A DNA stretch of 62,931 bases, filler included, from Nemertoderma westbladi (lineage: Eukaryota; Animalia; Xenacoelomorpha), in NCBI GenBank assembly GCA_032718475.1. It is 3 parts of 3 records of this genome, joined end to end, with 100 filler letters (N's around TTAATTAATTAA, not from the genome) between each part and the next. Parts side by side here need not be neighbours in the genome. Positions count along the whole stretch, not along the records: positions 26,212 to 53,151 come from JAUCBJ010001098.1; 2 more parts are not named here. The stretch is one strand, 5' to 3'. Positions 26,671-43,025 of this stretch are shown one piece after another. The translations under genes were made by a program, and so were the position numbers. How positions within the stretch are numbered: position 1 is the stretch's first letter; every line of letters begins with the position of its first letter. Below the pieces are notes generated by a model. It was not told where the DNA came from and did no database searches. It saw nothing but the letters and a program-made list of their open reading frames with translations.

Positions 26671-28297
26671 ATTTGCTATCTGAGTTTGTTAATATCGAAA
26701 TGAGTTTATGTTTAGGCGAGCGGACGTCGCTGCCTACCTCTCTTTGCACCCGGACAGTGGGATCCTCAGCGCCGATGTACCGTTGTCGCGGTGTTTACGC
26801 CAACATGTAGCAACAGTACGACAACGATAACCGGCACAAGTCACTCCACTGTCCGTCCCAAAGGCTTGAATCCACTTTAGGTTCTTTCTATAGGAGAGTT
26901 GGGTTACTTTCACAATTGCGACTAGCTACTGTAAACACACCTTAGCAGTAACATTCACCTACAAACGCACAAATTCTACACAACTGTCACCAATTGTACA
27001 CATACAGGCCATTTGTCTGTTAGTCAGTGCCTTCCAGAATGTCACGTTATTACTGTGTATCCTTGGATACTAACAGTGTGCTATATTCTCTATGCTATGC
27101 AATGGGACAAGCTTTCTATTGTTCTTTTAACTTGTTTCTAATTCTAGCGTGGGTGTTGCTATGGTGACATTATGGAATGCTAGCGGTAGAATTAGGGTAA
27201 TTCTCATGCATACAGATCTGGGATGCTATTTAATAATAATTCTTTAATTGTCAATATCCTCTTTATGCATGATTTTATTAATTTTATCGGCTATTGACTA
27301 TATGTTGGAGATTCTCGCACTCTAATACACTCAATAGGATGAATCTCCGCTCCCATGATCTATTAATTAATGGAATTTTGGGAATGTTATAAATTGTACA
27401 AAATGACAATTTATGAAATTCATTTAAAATATGAATTTAAATTTATTCCCGTGAATTTTATTATTTGATGTTAAAATTGACACAATTTGATTCCAGAGCA
27501 GGTCTGGGGACATAGGATCCTTAATTCTATGAAATTTGTCTTTTAAGAGTATCGGTAAGTGCTACGATATCTTAATCGACTAGAATTGTTAACGGATCTG
27601 AATTTTACAGATTTTAATAAATATTAAATTAATATTTAAGATGGGCACCGATTTATTCCAGAACTTGTCTGGGGACGTTAACCACTGATTCTAGAATTTG
27701 TCTTTCAAGTATATCGGTGGGTGCCGCGATATCTTAATCGACTAGAATTACAGATGGTCAAAAGGTTTAACAGATTTATTTGCGTTTTACGCTACTGTTA
27801 TAGGGACATCACACTACTATATGTATTATTTAATATAAGGTAGAAGAGCAATATCGCACGAAGCAATGTCAGTGTGAAGAGGCAAGTCGTTTCCAAGGTC
27901 TACCCAGAGCTTGGTTTAGCTGAGACACGAGGATCTGAACTTTGCATTCCTAATACTCTGCCTACCAATAATACTTGAACATAGTAGTGGCTTTATTGTA
28001 CTTTAATAAGTACGGACATTTCATCTTACTGTAGTCACGTATTTATAATATGATACGGACAGTAAGGAAAGAGAAAAAATAATTATTTCTCGCCGTCGCA
28101 CTAAATATATTATAAGTAATTACGTACGTAATAAACACTAATATATTGCACTAATCTACCAAATAATCACTAAAATAACATTCTACTAAATAAAATTAAA
28201 GGAAACGATTATAATAAAATTACATAATAATACATACATAAATATAAAATAAAAACAAATATAAAATAATGTAGTCACACGCCCACTCCATATGTTA

Positions 28298-31200
28298 TTA
28301 CGTTATGGAGTCCCTAGATATTTGTCGGATTAGGGAAGTGGTCGTAGGAAGAGTATCTTGCCTTCCATAGTTTCCGGACAGTTTTCGGTCTCTTTCCAGT
28401 AAACATAAACGACTAGCTGGGCGATTGAGTTGTTGTGTTACTTTCTCCGCTCCCTTGGCCTGTCTAACCTCCGCCGTGCTAAGATGAGGAGGCCATTCTT
28501 CTTCTTCTTTACTTAAGAAGTCGGATCCACCTAACCAGCCTGGAGTATCTATTAGTTCTTGAGGAGTTGCTCCTCTGGAAGCGATGTCGGCTGGATTAAT
28601 CGTCCCAAGGCAATGTCTCCATTGATCTACATTGGAGTTAATATCGTCATTATCTGAGGAGTATGGTGTTCCCTCAGTTGGATCGTCCACTTCACTGCTC
28701 TCCACTTCCCAACCATTTATCTGGCATATTCTTTCTGGTGGTAGTCTCTCTTCGAGAGTTCTGCGGGAAGGGCCAGTAAAGTACCAACCTACTCTAGTTC
28801 TTACCGCATAGGTTTGTAGTGGCTGCGGTTGAGCAGGTCGTTTCTCCAATGTCTCGAGCGCCTCATGCGCGTTTTGGCCGATAAGTATTCGCACTCCAGG
28901 ATAATCTGTCTGGAATCGAGGTATTTTAAGTTGTTGGATGCTCTTGTCCTCATTCCAGTTATAAGGCTCTACTTGGGTATTAGCGAAGTTCTTTATAGCT
29001 ACCATTTTTACTGACCTTATACTTTGTTCTCCTAATTTATCCTGTGGGGTGGACAATGCGCCTACATAGTAATCGGCCGTGATGGTAGATTTCCAAACCT
29101 GCATAATTCCGGACATATTTAACTTAGTTCGGAATTTGGGTTGTCCAGCAAAGATGTCTTCGGCTAGTTCTTGATCGATGAATGTTCCTGTACTGCCGGA
29201 GTCAAGGAGGGCATTCACTATGTAACTTTTGTTAGGACCCTGAACTCTTACCTGCACTACAGGAAATTCTCTGATTCCTACGTTGGAAGTTGAAGGTTTC
29301 CAGGATGGTTGTCTGTCGAAGGTAGTTGGGGGGAACTCATTGTCGGTGTCCTTTTCGTAAGTAAGTGCTCGATACACTGCGGTATTTATTAGGTAACAGG
29401 ATTCGTTGGCGTCGGAGAATTCGTCCGTATAGAATCCTTCCCACTCAGAACTTTGGTCAGTGTCGTTCACATCACTGAATTGGACATGTGATTTGGGCTC
29501 ACTTACCTGACTCGGGCTGTTTCGTTCGAATTCACTTTGTAACAAGATGTGATGTTTCGCACCGCACTTTGCACACTTTATGTCGGAGTAACAGGTTCGC
29601 CGCTGGTGTCCGCGTCTGAGACAATTGTAGCATAACCGCTTATCCCACATGACTTCACGTCTGTCTACCAAGGATTTCTTTAGGAATTCCGCACACGCAC
29701 TCAAACGGTGGGGCCCGTCGCACAGCGCACAGTTGGGTTTAATGTTACTCACCTTATTTTGGGTGACGTTATGCACTCTAGTTCTTTCTTCGGGCTTTCT
29801 TCCGTGTACTCTGTTAGGAAACTGAAGAGGAGTCTTAGCAACCTGTTCTCTCCTGTCATGGGTTCGAGCTTTAGATTTACTTACGTCCTTTGAGGTCTTG
29901 TTAACATAGTAAAATTTCTCGGTGTCTTTCCCGCTGTCTTCTTCTTGAGAAGCTTGGCTTTCGCCGTCATCAGTATAACACACCGGTGTTACTCTTCTCC
30001 TAGAAACGGGTTTCTCACTTACCTTATTTTCCGGTGTTTTCTCTCTGGATTGCTTTAGGAGTTGTAATTTCACTTCGCCATCCAAGAATGACATGAGATC
30101 AGCCATGGTAGGGTCTCGTTGTTGTTGTTCCATCGTATATAACACCTTCTTGTCCCAGCGTGTACCTACTCCACCCTTGGGCAAAGTAGATGCTAAGGCT
30201 CCTACAACCATAGAATTCTGGTATTCATGAGACTTACCTAACCAATCTAGTTGTCTACAGATCTCCTGAATCTCATCGGAAAACTCTATAATCCCGCTGC
30301 TAAGAAACTTTCGGGGGGCCATTAATTTCGCATATAAATACCTAGCTATGTTATTCCTATTACCATACCTGATGTTTAGTGTATCCCAAACTTGTCTTAA
30401 TCCATCTGGATGTCCAATAAATTTTAACGCCATTGACTTGGGAGGTCCTTCCAAGCACTCGATGAGGAATCTAAGTTTCTCTCCGTTGGATAACACAGAG
30501 TTCTGTATGTTATCTTTATAATATTCATTAAAAGGTAACCATTTCATCTCATCTCCATTGAACTTGACTATCTCTCCAACCTTTACCGCTTGACGGGCTT
30601 CGGTTCTAGCCATTTGACGCGTAAAACTTTCTTGGGCCATCGTGTTATTGAATATCGAGTTATCGGTATATAAATTTCTCGGATTATTATCAGGTCTATT
30701 GGGAATGTCATTAACAACAGGCGTATAATCACCCTTAATAGGGTTTGCTATAGGAGTTTCTACTTCACTAGCAGTATAGATGCGTGTAGGCTCCACACCT
30801 TGCGCATGTAATACTTCAGACCTAACAGGCTGACACACTGTTACAGGGGTTATTGGTATTCCCTTTTGTAGGTTGACTAATTTGTCGCATTCTAGTGCGA
30901 TACTTTGCTGCACTTTTTGCAACTCTAACCTACTTTCCCTTACTGTTCCCTTGAGCTGCTGAACAGTCTCTTCCATTTCCCTGACCTGCTGAGAGGAGCA
31001 CAAACAGTGTTCCCTCAGCTGCTCGAGCAGGAGACCCATCTCCCGTCGTCCCTCAGCTACCCACTCAACCGCCGAAGCGGGAGTCGCCAACGTAGTAGCG
31101 GGCGAGCGAGAGACGACGGGCGATAAATTCTTGATACCTCGCTCGGCGTCCAGGACGGGTTCGGACTCGGGAACAGTCCTACTGGGCACAGGTAGTCTTC

Positions 31201-31447
31201 TGGTTTGTTTCTTCAAGTAATCTTGTTTCGCCTGAAGGTTTTCCAGCTCTAGTTGGATAGTCGCTTCAGACGTCTTCCGTTCTGCTTCTGCCACTGCCTC
31301 TGCCGCTTTTCTTTCTGCTTCTGTCGCTGCTACTTTTCTTTCCGCTTCTTTTCTGTCTTCTCTCCTTTCAAGACACTGTCCAAGTCGACGACTCATTCTA
31401 AAACCCTCTAAGAGACTATCTGACAATGTTTGTGTTGTGTCAGACAT
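28298..31447 (-). CDS. BEL/Pao Gag-protease polyprotein with RT and integrase deleted
   Basis: DUF1759-type Gag (KFNGDEMKWLPF...LSNGEKLRFLIECLEG), three knuckles (CALCDGPHRLSAC, CYNCLRRGHQRRTC, CAKCGAKHH), protease ALLDSGSTGTFI, RNase H C-terminal remnant QWRHCLGTINPADIASRG...EEEWP, and Pol C-terminal remnant RPASRLCLLE. Confidence 0.9.
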   Translation of the reverse strand: MSDTTQTLSDSLLEGFRMSRRLGQCLERREDRKEAERKVAATEAERKAAEAVAEAERKTSEATIQLELENLQAKQDYLKKQTRRLPVPSRTVPESEPVLDAERGIKNLSPVVSRSPATTLATPASAVEWVAEGRREMGLLLEQLREHCLCSSQQVREMEETVQQLKGTVRESRLELQKVQQSIALECDKLVNLQKGIPITPVTVCQPVRSEVLHAQGVEPTRIYTASEVETPIANPIKGDYTPVVNDIPNRPDNNPRNLYTDNSIFNNTMAQESFTRQMARTEARQAVKVGEIVKFNGDEMKWLPFNEYYKDNIQNSVLSNGEKLRFLIECLEGPPKSMALKFIGHPDGLRQVWDTLNIRYGNRNNIARYLYAKLMAPRKFLSSGIIEFSDEIQEICRQLDWLGKSHEYQNSMVVGALASTLPKGGVGTRWDKKVLYTMEQQQRDPTMADLMSFLDGEVKLQLLKQSREKTPENKVSEKPVSRRRVTPVCYTDDGESQASQEEDSGKDTEKFYYVNKTSKDVSKSKARTHDRREQVAKTPLQFPNRVHGRKPEERTRVHNVTQNKVSNIKPNCALCDGPHRLSACAEFLKKSLVDRREVMWDKRLCYNCLRRGHQRRTCYSDIKCAKCGAKHHILLQSEFERNSPSQVSEPKSHVQFSDVNDTDQSSEWEGFYTDEFSDANESCYLINTAVYRALTYEKDTDNEFPPTTFDRQPSWKPSTSNVGIREFPVVQVRVQGPNKSYIVNALLDSGSTGTFIDQELAEDIFAGQPKFRTKLNMSGIMQVWKSTITADYYVGALSTPQDKLGEQSIRSVKMVAIKNFANTQVEPYNWNEDKSIQQLKIPRFQTDYPGVRILIGQNAHEALETLEKRPAQPQPLQTYAVRTRVGWYFTGPSRRTLEERLPPERICQINGWEVESSEVDDPTEGTPYSSDNDDINSNVDQWRHCLGTINPADIASRGATPQELIDTPGWLGGSDFLSKEEEEWPPHLSTAEVRQAKGAEKVTQQLNRPASRLCLLERDRKLSGNYGRQDTLPTTTSLIRQISRDSIT

Positions 31448-33709
31448 TTCGCTTTATACAGTTGGATGCCTACTGCTATATATACAGTTAAAGCAAGTCT
31501 AGTAATTCAGTATCACTGCTAGCCTAATAATTAATTACCGATACTGCTACTCAATGTAGCGTGATATATATATATAATATATTAGAATACCGGTATGCTT
31601 ATAGTATATATAAGTATTATTACAGACTAGATTTGTCACAGAGTACCGGTATATAAATTTAGCACAAATATATATATAAATATATAATAGGCCTATCGTG
31701 GATACCGGTATACAGCTTACACTTATAATATATATAAAGTATAATTATGAACTAAAATTAATTACAGAATACCGGTATGATTTCAGCTTAAATTTATGGA
31801 AATAAATATAATAAGCCTATTGTAAATACCGGTATGTCAATTATTTTAAAAATAATTGAATTTCTGAATGTTAGGGGTCACTTGGTTACTTTACTTACTT
31901 TATTACCGTTATTTGAGCAGCAGTCCAACTGATATTAAGACCTAAGTGTTGTATAATAGGCCTACTATTTTATTAATAGATTTAGTGGATTTATATGTAC
32001 CCGTATGAGGGGTTTTGTTACAATATTGAAATAGATGTTACTATTTCTGGGAAGTAATCACTACACAAAAGCTATGCGCTCTCAGTGAAGTGTTACTTAT
32101 TGGACACTAAAACAAATAATTCTACTTCCTAAGTTACTTATCTACAAATTACTTACGATACGAGTGAGATTAAATCTCTAATTAAACACAACAACAAATA
32201 TTACGTACGAATATTTTTAGGGTAATTTTACAGGGAACTACAAACCAGTCTAACAGAAGGTTAGAATTTCTGGTTATTACAACAGACAGGATATTACGGT
32301 ATTTGAAAATAATAAGTAGTAGTAAATATATTGCACTGTCCAGATAGGAAAATACCACCGCCTGACGACCTATAGCCATATCGCTATAGGTACTACGTTA
32401 TGTATCACGGATTGTTCCTACCTAGAAGTTAATTACCGCGGACTACCAGATCCAGCGTGCCTATTAACCACTTTACAACACAAATATACCGCCTACACAC
32501 TAATTACTTCGGAAAGCACTGTACACTAAACCCTAAATTAGGTACAAGTACTGGTATAACAAATAATCAGCAGTTAAATATACTTGAACAGTTAAAAGAA
32601 CCACGGCATCTGCTGGAGTGACCGAAGCACAAAGTCACCAGTCTTTTCCTACTCCAAGCAGCCCGTGTAGTACCGGGGTTAATTTAACTATAACGGTATG
32701 TGTAACAAACACAATTACTGTAGGAATAAACTTGGGGACATGAATGTTGCGAATAATCGCATAAACTCTGAATAATAAATATTACGCTACCCGTACAGAA
32801 TACTCAAACAAATACAAACCAAAACGCTGGCAGACTACCACCAAGCCTAAATAAACTACCGTACGTGTAGATTCTGAAATAGTTAGTTAGTATGCGTTCT
32901 AACACGGTAGTACGACTTATTCTTTAAGAGGGGATTGACCTTACCGCTATGGCTGCCCCAACTTACTAACGGAGCTTTATCAGACAAACTCTACACACGC
33001 AGCAATCTCTTCAGACCTAATAATAGCTAGACAACAATCCAGCCTACAAAATATCTGAGTAATAACTATTACGGTACCTGAACAGACCACACAAACAAAC
33101 ACAGGCCAAAACGCTGGCAGACTACGATCAAGCCTAAATAAACTACAGTATATGCAGATTCTGAAATAGTTAGTTAGTATGCGTTCTAACACGGTAGTAC
33201 GACTTATTCTTTAAGAGGGGATTGACCTTGCAGCATATGGCTGCCCCAACTTACTAACGGCACTCTATCAGACAAACTCTACACACGCCGTAATCTCTCC
33301 AAACTCAACAACAATCCGACAACAGTCTGGCCTACAATTATCTGAACAATCTGAGCAGACTTACACGTCTTCAGCTCAATATTAACTTACTAGGAAATAA
33401 AACTGACAGAAATAAGTAAACTATACAAAAGAATGAGGGGTGATCAATCCCTATTCCTCTGGTAGCCTACAATATACTATAGATCACAATCGAAATAATA
33501 CTAATGTACTTATACTGGAAGTACCGGTTAGGACAGTTGGGCCTACAGACCTACAGAAGTACCGGTTCTGACAGTTGGACCTACGGACCTACAGCAGTAC
33601 CAGTTCTGGCAGTTGGGCCTACTGACCTACAGAAGTACCGGTTCAGGTTTACCGGTTGACCGGTACTTTCAACTTTATTGCTCACTGCAATAAAGTCAAT
33701 GACTGTTAT

Positions 33710-35995
33710 TGTACGCGCTTTTGAAGACCTTTAGCAGTTTAACCTGCCAAAATTTATATGTCTTTTGGTTTATAAATATACTTTAGAAGATGACAAATAT
33801 TTAATACCAATAAACACAACATTAGCAGAAGCCAGCCTAGTGCGCGTCCATTCACCCGCTGGATAATCCCGGGAGACTGGATTCTGAGGGCTTAAATTAT
33901 TATTGCAGTGAAGCTTACTGTATTGTATTATTCGATTGATCGTTAATAATTAATTTCTGACTAATATTATTTACTTTCGGGAAATATTGACAGTTCCTTT
34001 AGGACGTGGCGCTCTATCTAAGTAAACCGAGATATGACTTATACTAATCACAACGGTAAGTCGGTAAGGCTTAAGATTCACGTATGAGGCGCATTCTTTA
34101 GGAAATGCTTAGTTATCCGTCACAATCATGCACACTACCGGTAACACACAATACTGCTCACTAACTTGCCGACCGTCAATGAATTTTATCATATATAAAG
34201 AGAATAGCAACGGACCAATGTAGTGCTTATCAAATAGCATTAAATTCAATACACACCACAATAATATAAGTCGCAATCGCTATATATATAACCCGCCTCT
34301 CTAACCTGTAGTGTATCAAGAAAATTGGGAAATTTGGGTTCTTTATAAATGTTCTCCAGATAATATTCAATCAACTGATATAAAATATGACAACAGCAAA
34401 ACGTTAAGACGGTAGGTTAAGATATGATATGAACCGATATGTACAGTGATATGCACTGTTATGCACTGAGTTGAACTGATAACAGTCATACGCTCTATAA
34501 TTTAAGCCTACTAATGTTTCTTTTAAAGTATGAAAACAATTAACTCTAGAGCCGGTGTTTCTGGCTTAGACAGCAATAACAACAAAGTATCAGTAAAAAA
34601 CTGTAAGACTGAACACTCTCCTTATGATCGGCCGAAAAGCTACACGTCGACAGGAAAAATCGCTCTGATTGGCTCAAGCCAAACAAAGAACCATGCGTCC
34701 AATGGCTGTTTCCATGTCAGCACACTTGCGTCCTTCTGGGCTCCTCTGATGACTCCGAGGCGCACCCATGAGGCGGACGCTGTCCCACCACCCCTGGGGC
34801 CAGTCCGACTCCGTTTTTATCAGACTGGGCCGGAGGGTAGCCCGATGCTTCCCGGGTTCAATTTTCAATCCCCCGATCACACCGGCACAGCTCGTCGTGT
34901 AGCCGACCGACTTACCATTAAATCGCCTACTTTTAACTTACTGTGGCCTGACTGTACATTGAGCCAACTCAGAGAGTCAACCGGCGGGTGAACCAGTCGA
35001 TAGCGATCGAGCATCAAGGTCGCCCTTGAGCCAAACCGACGGTCTTGTCCCAAGTGGGCTTGCGCTACCCAACATGGAATATTGACCGTTTTCACCCGCC
35101 TCGCCGGTAGTATTGAAAAGGCAATACTGTCTGTAGCTAAAAAGCTACTGAACAAGTCACCACTTACCAGTCACTGTACACGTGTACTCAACAGATGTTC
35201 GATAATCAAGTACTCAAAAGGTAAACACAAAATCGGACACATACCATGCACACACAGGACATAATCGGGAAAGACAAAATCGGTGACAAAATCAGAGGGG
35301 ACAAAATTGTATCGACTAATAAAGAGTCGAGAGTACTTTATTTTACCGACAGGGTAAAATAACTTTGTGTGCACAAAGTATGCTGGGGCGCAGTAAAGAT
35401 ATGGTCCTACTAATACCAGCGGCGTCGGGTCCAACCGGCAAGGGTTCCCATACTCACTCGCAGTGGCCACACACACACTCACGTATACCACGTACACACA
35501 CAAACCACAGATCACACTAAGCCACCACCCCTACTGTGTACAGGACTGGCAGTACGGCAACAGGCCGACTAGACGGTACCACAGCACCATGTTAATTCAT
35601 GGTTCGCAAGACACGAGGGCCTTCAGTAACTCCCCTGCACTATATCAAAGATTTAACGTGCCCCCAGACCCTCACGAGCCCGCCGCCGCCTGTTGCTGGC
35701 ACCCCTATAGAGACCTCACCTCCTTGGGTACCAGCTGTTAGATGTCGTAATATGAATCATCACGGCTAAGCTATGAAAGGTATTTGTCGCATTGCAGGTT
35801 TTTTGTCTTACCATGTCCGCTAAAACACGTATATAGCAGAATGACTTTTATGTCCGTTAAAACACCTGTAACGGTACCTTGAGGGCGAGGGGAATATATA
35901 TACAGTTAGAGAACCTTTTTAGAGTATTCCAGCGCCTGGGGGGAAACTGGATTGCGAAGCAAAGGGGCCAGTTATATCCCACAGAAGCTTTTACA
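33710..35995 (-). mobile_element. 5' LTR (about 2.3 kb) of the minus-strand BEL/Pao element
   Basis: Minus strand starts TGTAAAAGCTTCTGTGGGATA and ends AAAGCGCGTACA, matching both termini of the LTR at 49043-50297. Confidence 0.7.
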
Positions 35996-37474
35996 CAAAC
36001 GGAACCCACTAACTCCTGTGTCAGTGGTACAGACCTATCAAACGGAACCCACTAACTCCTGTGTCAGCGCTACAGACATATCAAACGGAACCCACTAACT
36101 CCTGTGTCAGCACTACAGACATATCAAACGGAACCCACTATCTCCTGTGTCAGGGTACAGACCTATCAAACGGAACCCACTAACTCCTGTGTCAGCGGTA
36201 CAGACCTATCAAACGGAACCCACTAACTCCTGCGTCAGCGGTACAGACCTATCAAACGGAACCCACTAACTCCTGTGTCAGCGGTACAGACCTATCAAAT
36301 GGAACCCACTAACTCCGGTGTCAGCGGTACAGACCTATCAAACGGAACCTACTAACTCCTGTGTCAGGGTACAGACCTATCAAACGGAACCCACTAACTC
36401 CTGTGTCAGGGTACAGACCTATCAAACGGAACCCACTAACTCCTGTGTCAGCGCTACAGACCTATCAAACGGAACCCACTAACTCCTGTGTCAGGGTACA
36501 GACCTATCAAACGGAACCCACTAACTCCTGTGTCAGCGGTACAGACCTATCAAACGAAACCCACTAACTCCTGTGTCAGCAGTACAGATCTATCAAACGG
36601 AACCCACTAACTCCTGTGTCAGCGGTACAGACCTATCAAACGGAACCCACTAACTCCTGTGTCAACGGTACAGACCTATCAAACGGAACCCACTAACTCC
36701 TGTGTCAGTGGTACAGACCTATCAAACGGAACCCACTAACTCCTGTGTCAGCGCTACAGACATATCAAACGGAACCAACTAACTCCTGTGTCAGCACTAC
36801 AGACATATCAAACAGAACCTACTATCTCCTGTGTCAGGGTACAGACCTATCAAACGGAACCCACTAACTCCTGTGTCAGCGGTACAGACCTATCAAACGG
36901 AACCCACTAACTCCTGCGTCAGCGGTACAGACCTATCAAACGGAACCCACTAACTCCTGTGTCAGCGGTACAGACCTATCAAACGGAACCCACTAACTCC
37001 GGTGTCAGCGGTACAGACCTATCAAACGGAACCTACTAACTCCTGTGTCAGGGTACAGACCTATCAAACGGAACCCACTAACTCCTGTGTCAGGGTACAG
37101 ACCTATCAAACGGAACCCACTAACTCCTGTGTCAGCGCTACAGGCCTATCAAACGGAACCCACTAACTCCTGTGTCAGGGTACAGACCTATCAAACGGAA
37201 CCCACTAACTCCTGTGTCAGCGGTACAGACCTATCAAACGGAACAAACTAACTCCTGTGTCAGCGGTACAGACCTATCAAACGGAACCCACTAACTCCTG
37301 TGTCAGGGTACAGACCTATCAAACGGAACCCACTAACTCCTGTGTCAGCGCTACAGACATATCAAACGGAACCCACTAACTCCTGTGTCAGCGGTACAGA
37401 CCTATCAAACGGAACCCAATAACTCCTGTGTCAGCGGTAGGCCTACAGACATATCAAACGGAACCCACTAACTC
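35996..37474. repeat. 42/43-bp minisatellite (AAACGGAACCCACTAACTCCTGTGTCAGCGGTACAGACCTATC), about 34 units with a 684-bp higher-order repeat
   Basis: Direct periodicity; the variant pattern recurs at 684 bp (ORFs at 36361 and 37045). Confidence 0.96.
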
Positions 37475-38621
37475 TTCGAGATACTATATGACCGATACCT
37501 CATGGTTTGGCTTCCTGGAAAACACGCAACAGTGCAACGGCGCAACATCACAACAGCCCTATAACCAATGAACAACATTGGCGCAACAGCGCAACAACCT
37601 AAGATTGGTTTATACATTCCACTCTAATTCCATTGGCTTGTACATTCTGTTGCGTTCTATTACATTCCATTTCTGTAGCGCCGATGGTGCAACAAGGCCT
37701 ACAAACAGACAAATACATGAAAATACTGGTTATTGATCAGCTGTGCTGTAGTGGTGGCAACGCACAAGCAGAATCTTTGATACATTGTACAGTTGTATGG
37801 TATGTCTGCATATAGCAGTACAGTGTATGTACAGCCGTGTGCAGCAGTGCAGTGTGTGTGTCATGTCAAGTTCTAATTGCCGATAACATACCGGACCAAA
37901 ATATTTCCAGAACATTACAATCGAACCTTAACCAGTCATCGATTGAAGTTGACGAACAAGTAGAATTCATTCGCGCCAAGGAATCAAAGGCAAAGGAGTG
38001 TGACAGCTGTAACCTGTAAGGGGGATTTCAATCTCAGCAATTATATACGGTACTTTGTCGCAATAATTTTATTTATTTTATTTAATATTCTGTCGTAATA
38101 AATCAGGTTACACTGTTATTTTTGGGAGTAATCAGGCGTTATTTGCGTCGACTTTCCCCTGGCCGCTTGGAGACATGAATTTTGGGCTCTATCACATATG
38201 GGGACATTGAATTGAATTGAACTCTCCTTTTATTAAAATTATAAAATAAAACAAATAACTAACGAAATCAACATTTTACATTTAAATACACTGAATTAGA
38301 AACGGCAATAATGACAAATAACCACGTCATCAATAACTGTTCACTCTTCTATAAAAACATTTTATGTTTTATAAGGACAAAAGTTTATGCATACTGAGTA
38401 GAAACTAAAAACAAATGAATGATCACGCGTCATAATTAATCGAATCTATTGAAATGGCAATGTACTAATATTTTAAATATTTTAAAATTATAACTAAAGC
38501 GTAAAAGCGAGTAATCACAATAATGTTTGTGATTGTCGTAAATTAAATTAAGTCCATGTTCTCTATAACGAATACAAGTAAACGTTTTCTGATACATAAC
38601 GTCTAAAACTGTTGCGGGTCC

Positions 38622-42573
<3,952 letters not shown>

Positions 42574-42957
42574 TGAACCTAGTTTGGTTTTGCTTGATTT
42601 TTAGGTTTACAATCTTATTTCAGCATTAAAAAGCGTTTGCTGTATCGGTACTGCACTATCAATATCCAATATCAACCAATATAAACCAGTAAGATGTATT
42701 ACTATTATGTCTTGCTCTTATTATTTGTGTTCATTATCCGGTTTCTTTATTTAGCAGCTTAAATTTTTAAATATATCGCCCCTAAATAAATAATCTGTGG
42801 AGTTACAAGTTATTATATGCATGTTACTGCGATTCAAATTATTATACTCTTCAACTCCTGATGCTGCCTTAATCAATGTTAAATAATTTAGTGTACTAAT
42901 AAAATACTTCTTTAAAATACTACTTTAATTTAATGTACTAATAAATTACAAGTTTTA

Positions 42958-43025
42958 AGTTTGTCACAAAAGGACTTAACACTTACTGATTCGATAACGT
43001 CACTGGGAAGTGAGTTCCATATTGG
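42958..43025 (-). mobile_element. Short 3' fragment of a CR1/L2-type LINE
   Basis: Minus strand translates to WNSLPSDVIESVSVKSFCDKL, a typical ORF2 C-terminus. Confidence 0.5.

Larger units (their letters stand above)
26212..35995 (-). mobile_element. BEL/Pao LTR retrotransposon, internally deleted (non-autonomous); 3' end lost in the gap
   Basis: 5' LTR, long leader homologous to 50298-51830, Gag-protease ORF and a downstream extra ORF. Whether 26212-28297 belongs to the element is inferred, since no 3' LTR is visible. Confidence 0.75.

Noticed and set aside
34744-34790. CTGATGA as a second hammerhead core
   Set aside because: No correctly placed GAAA or closing stems.
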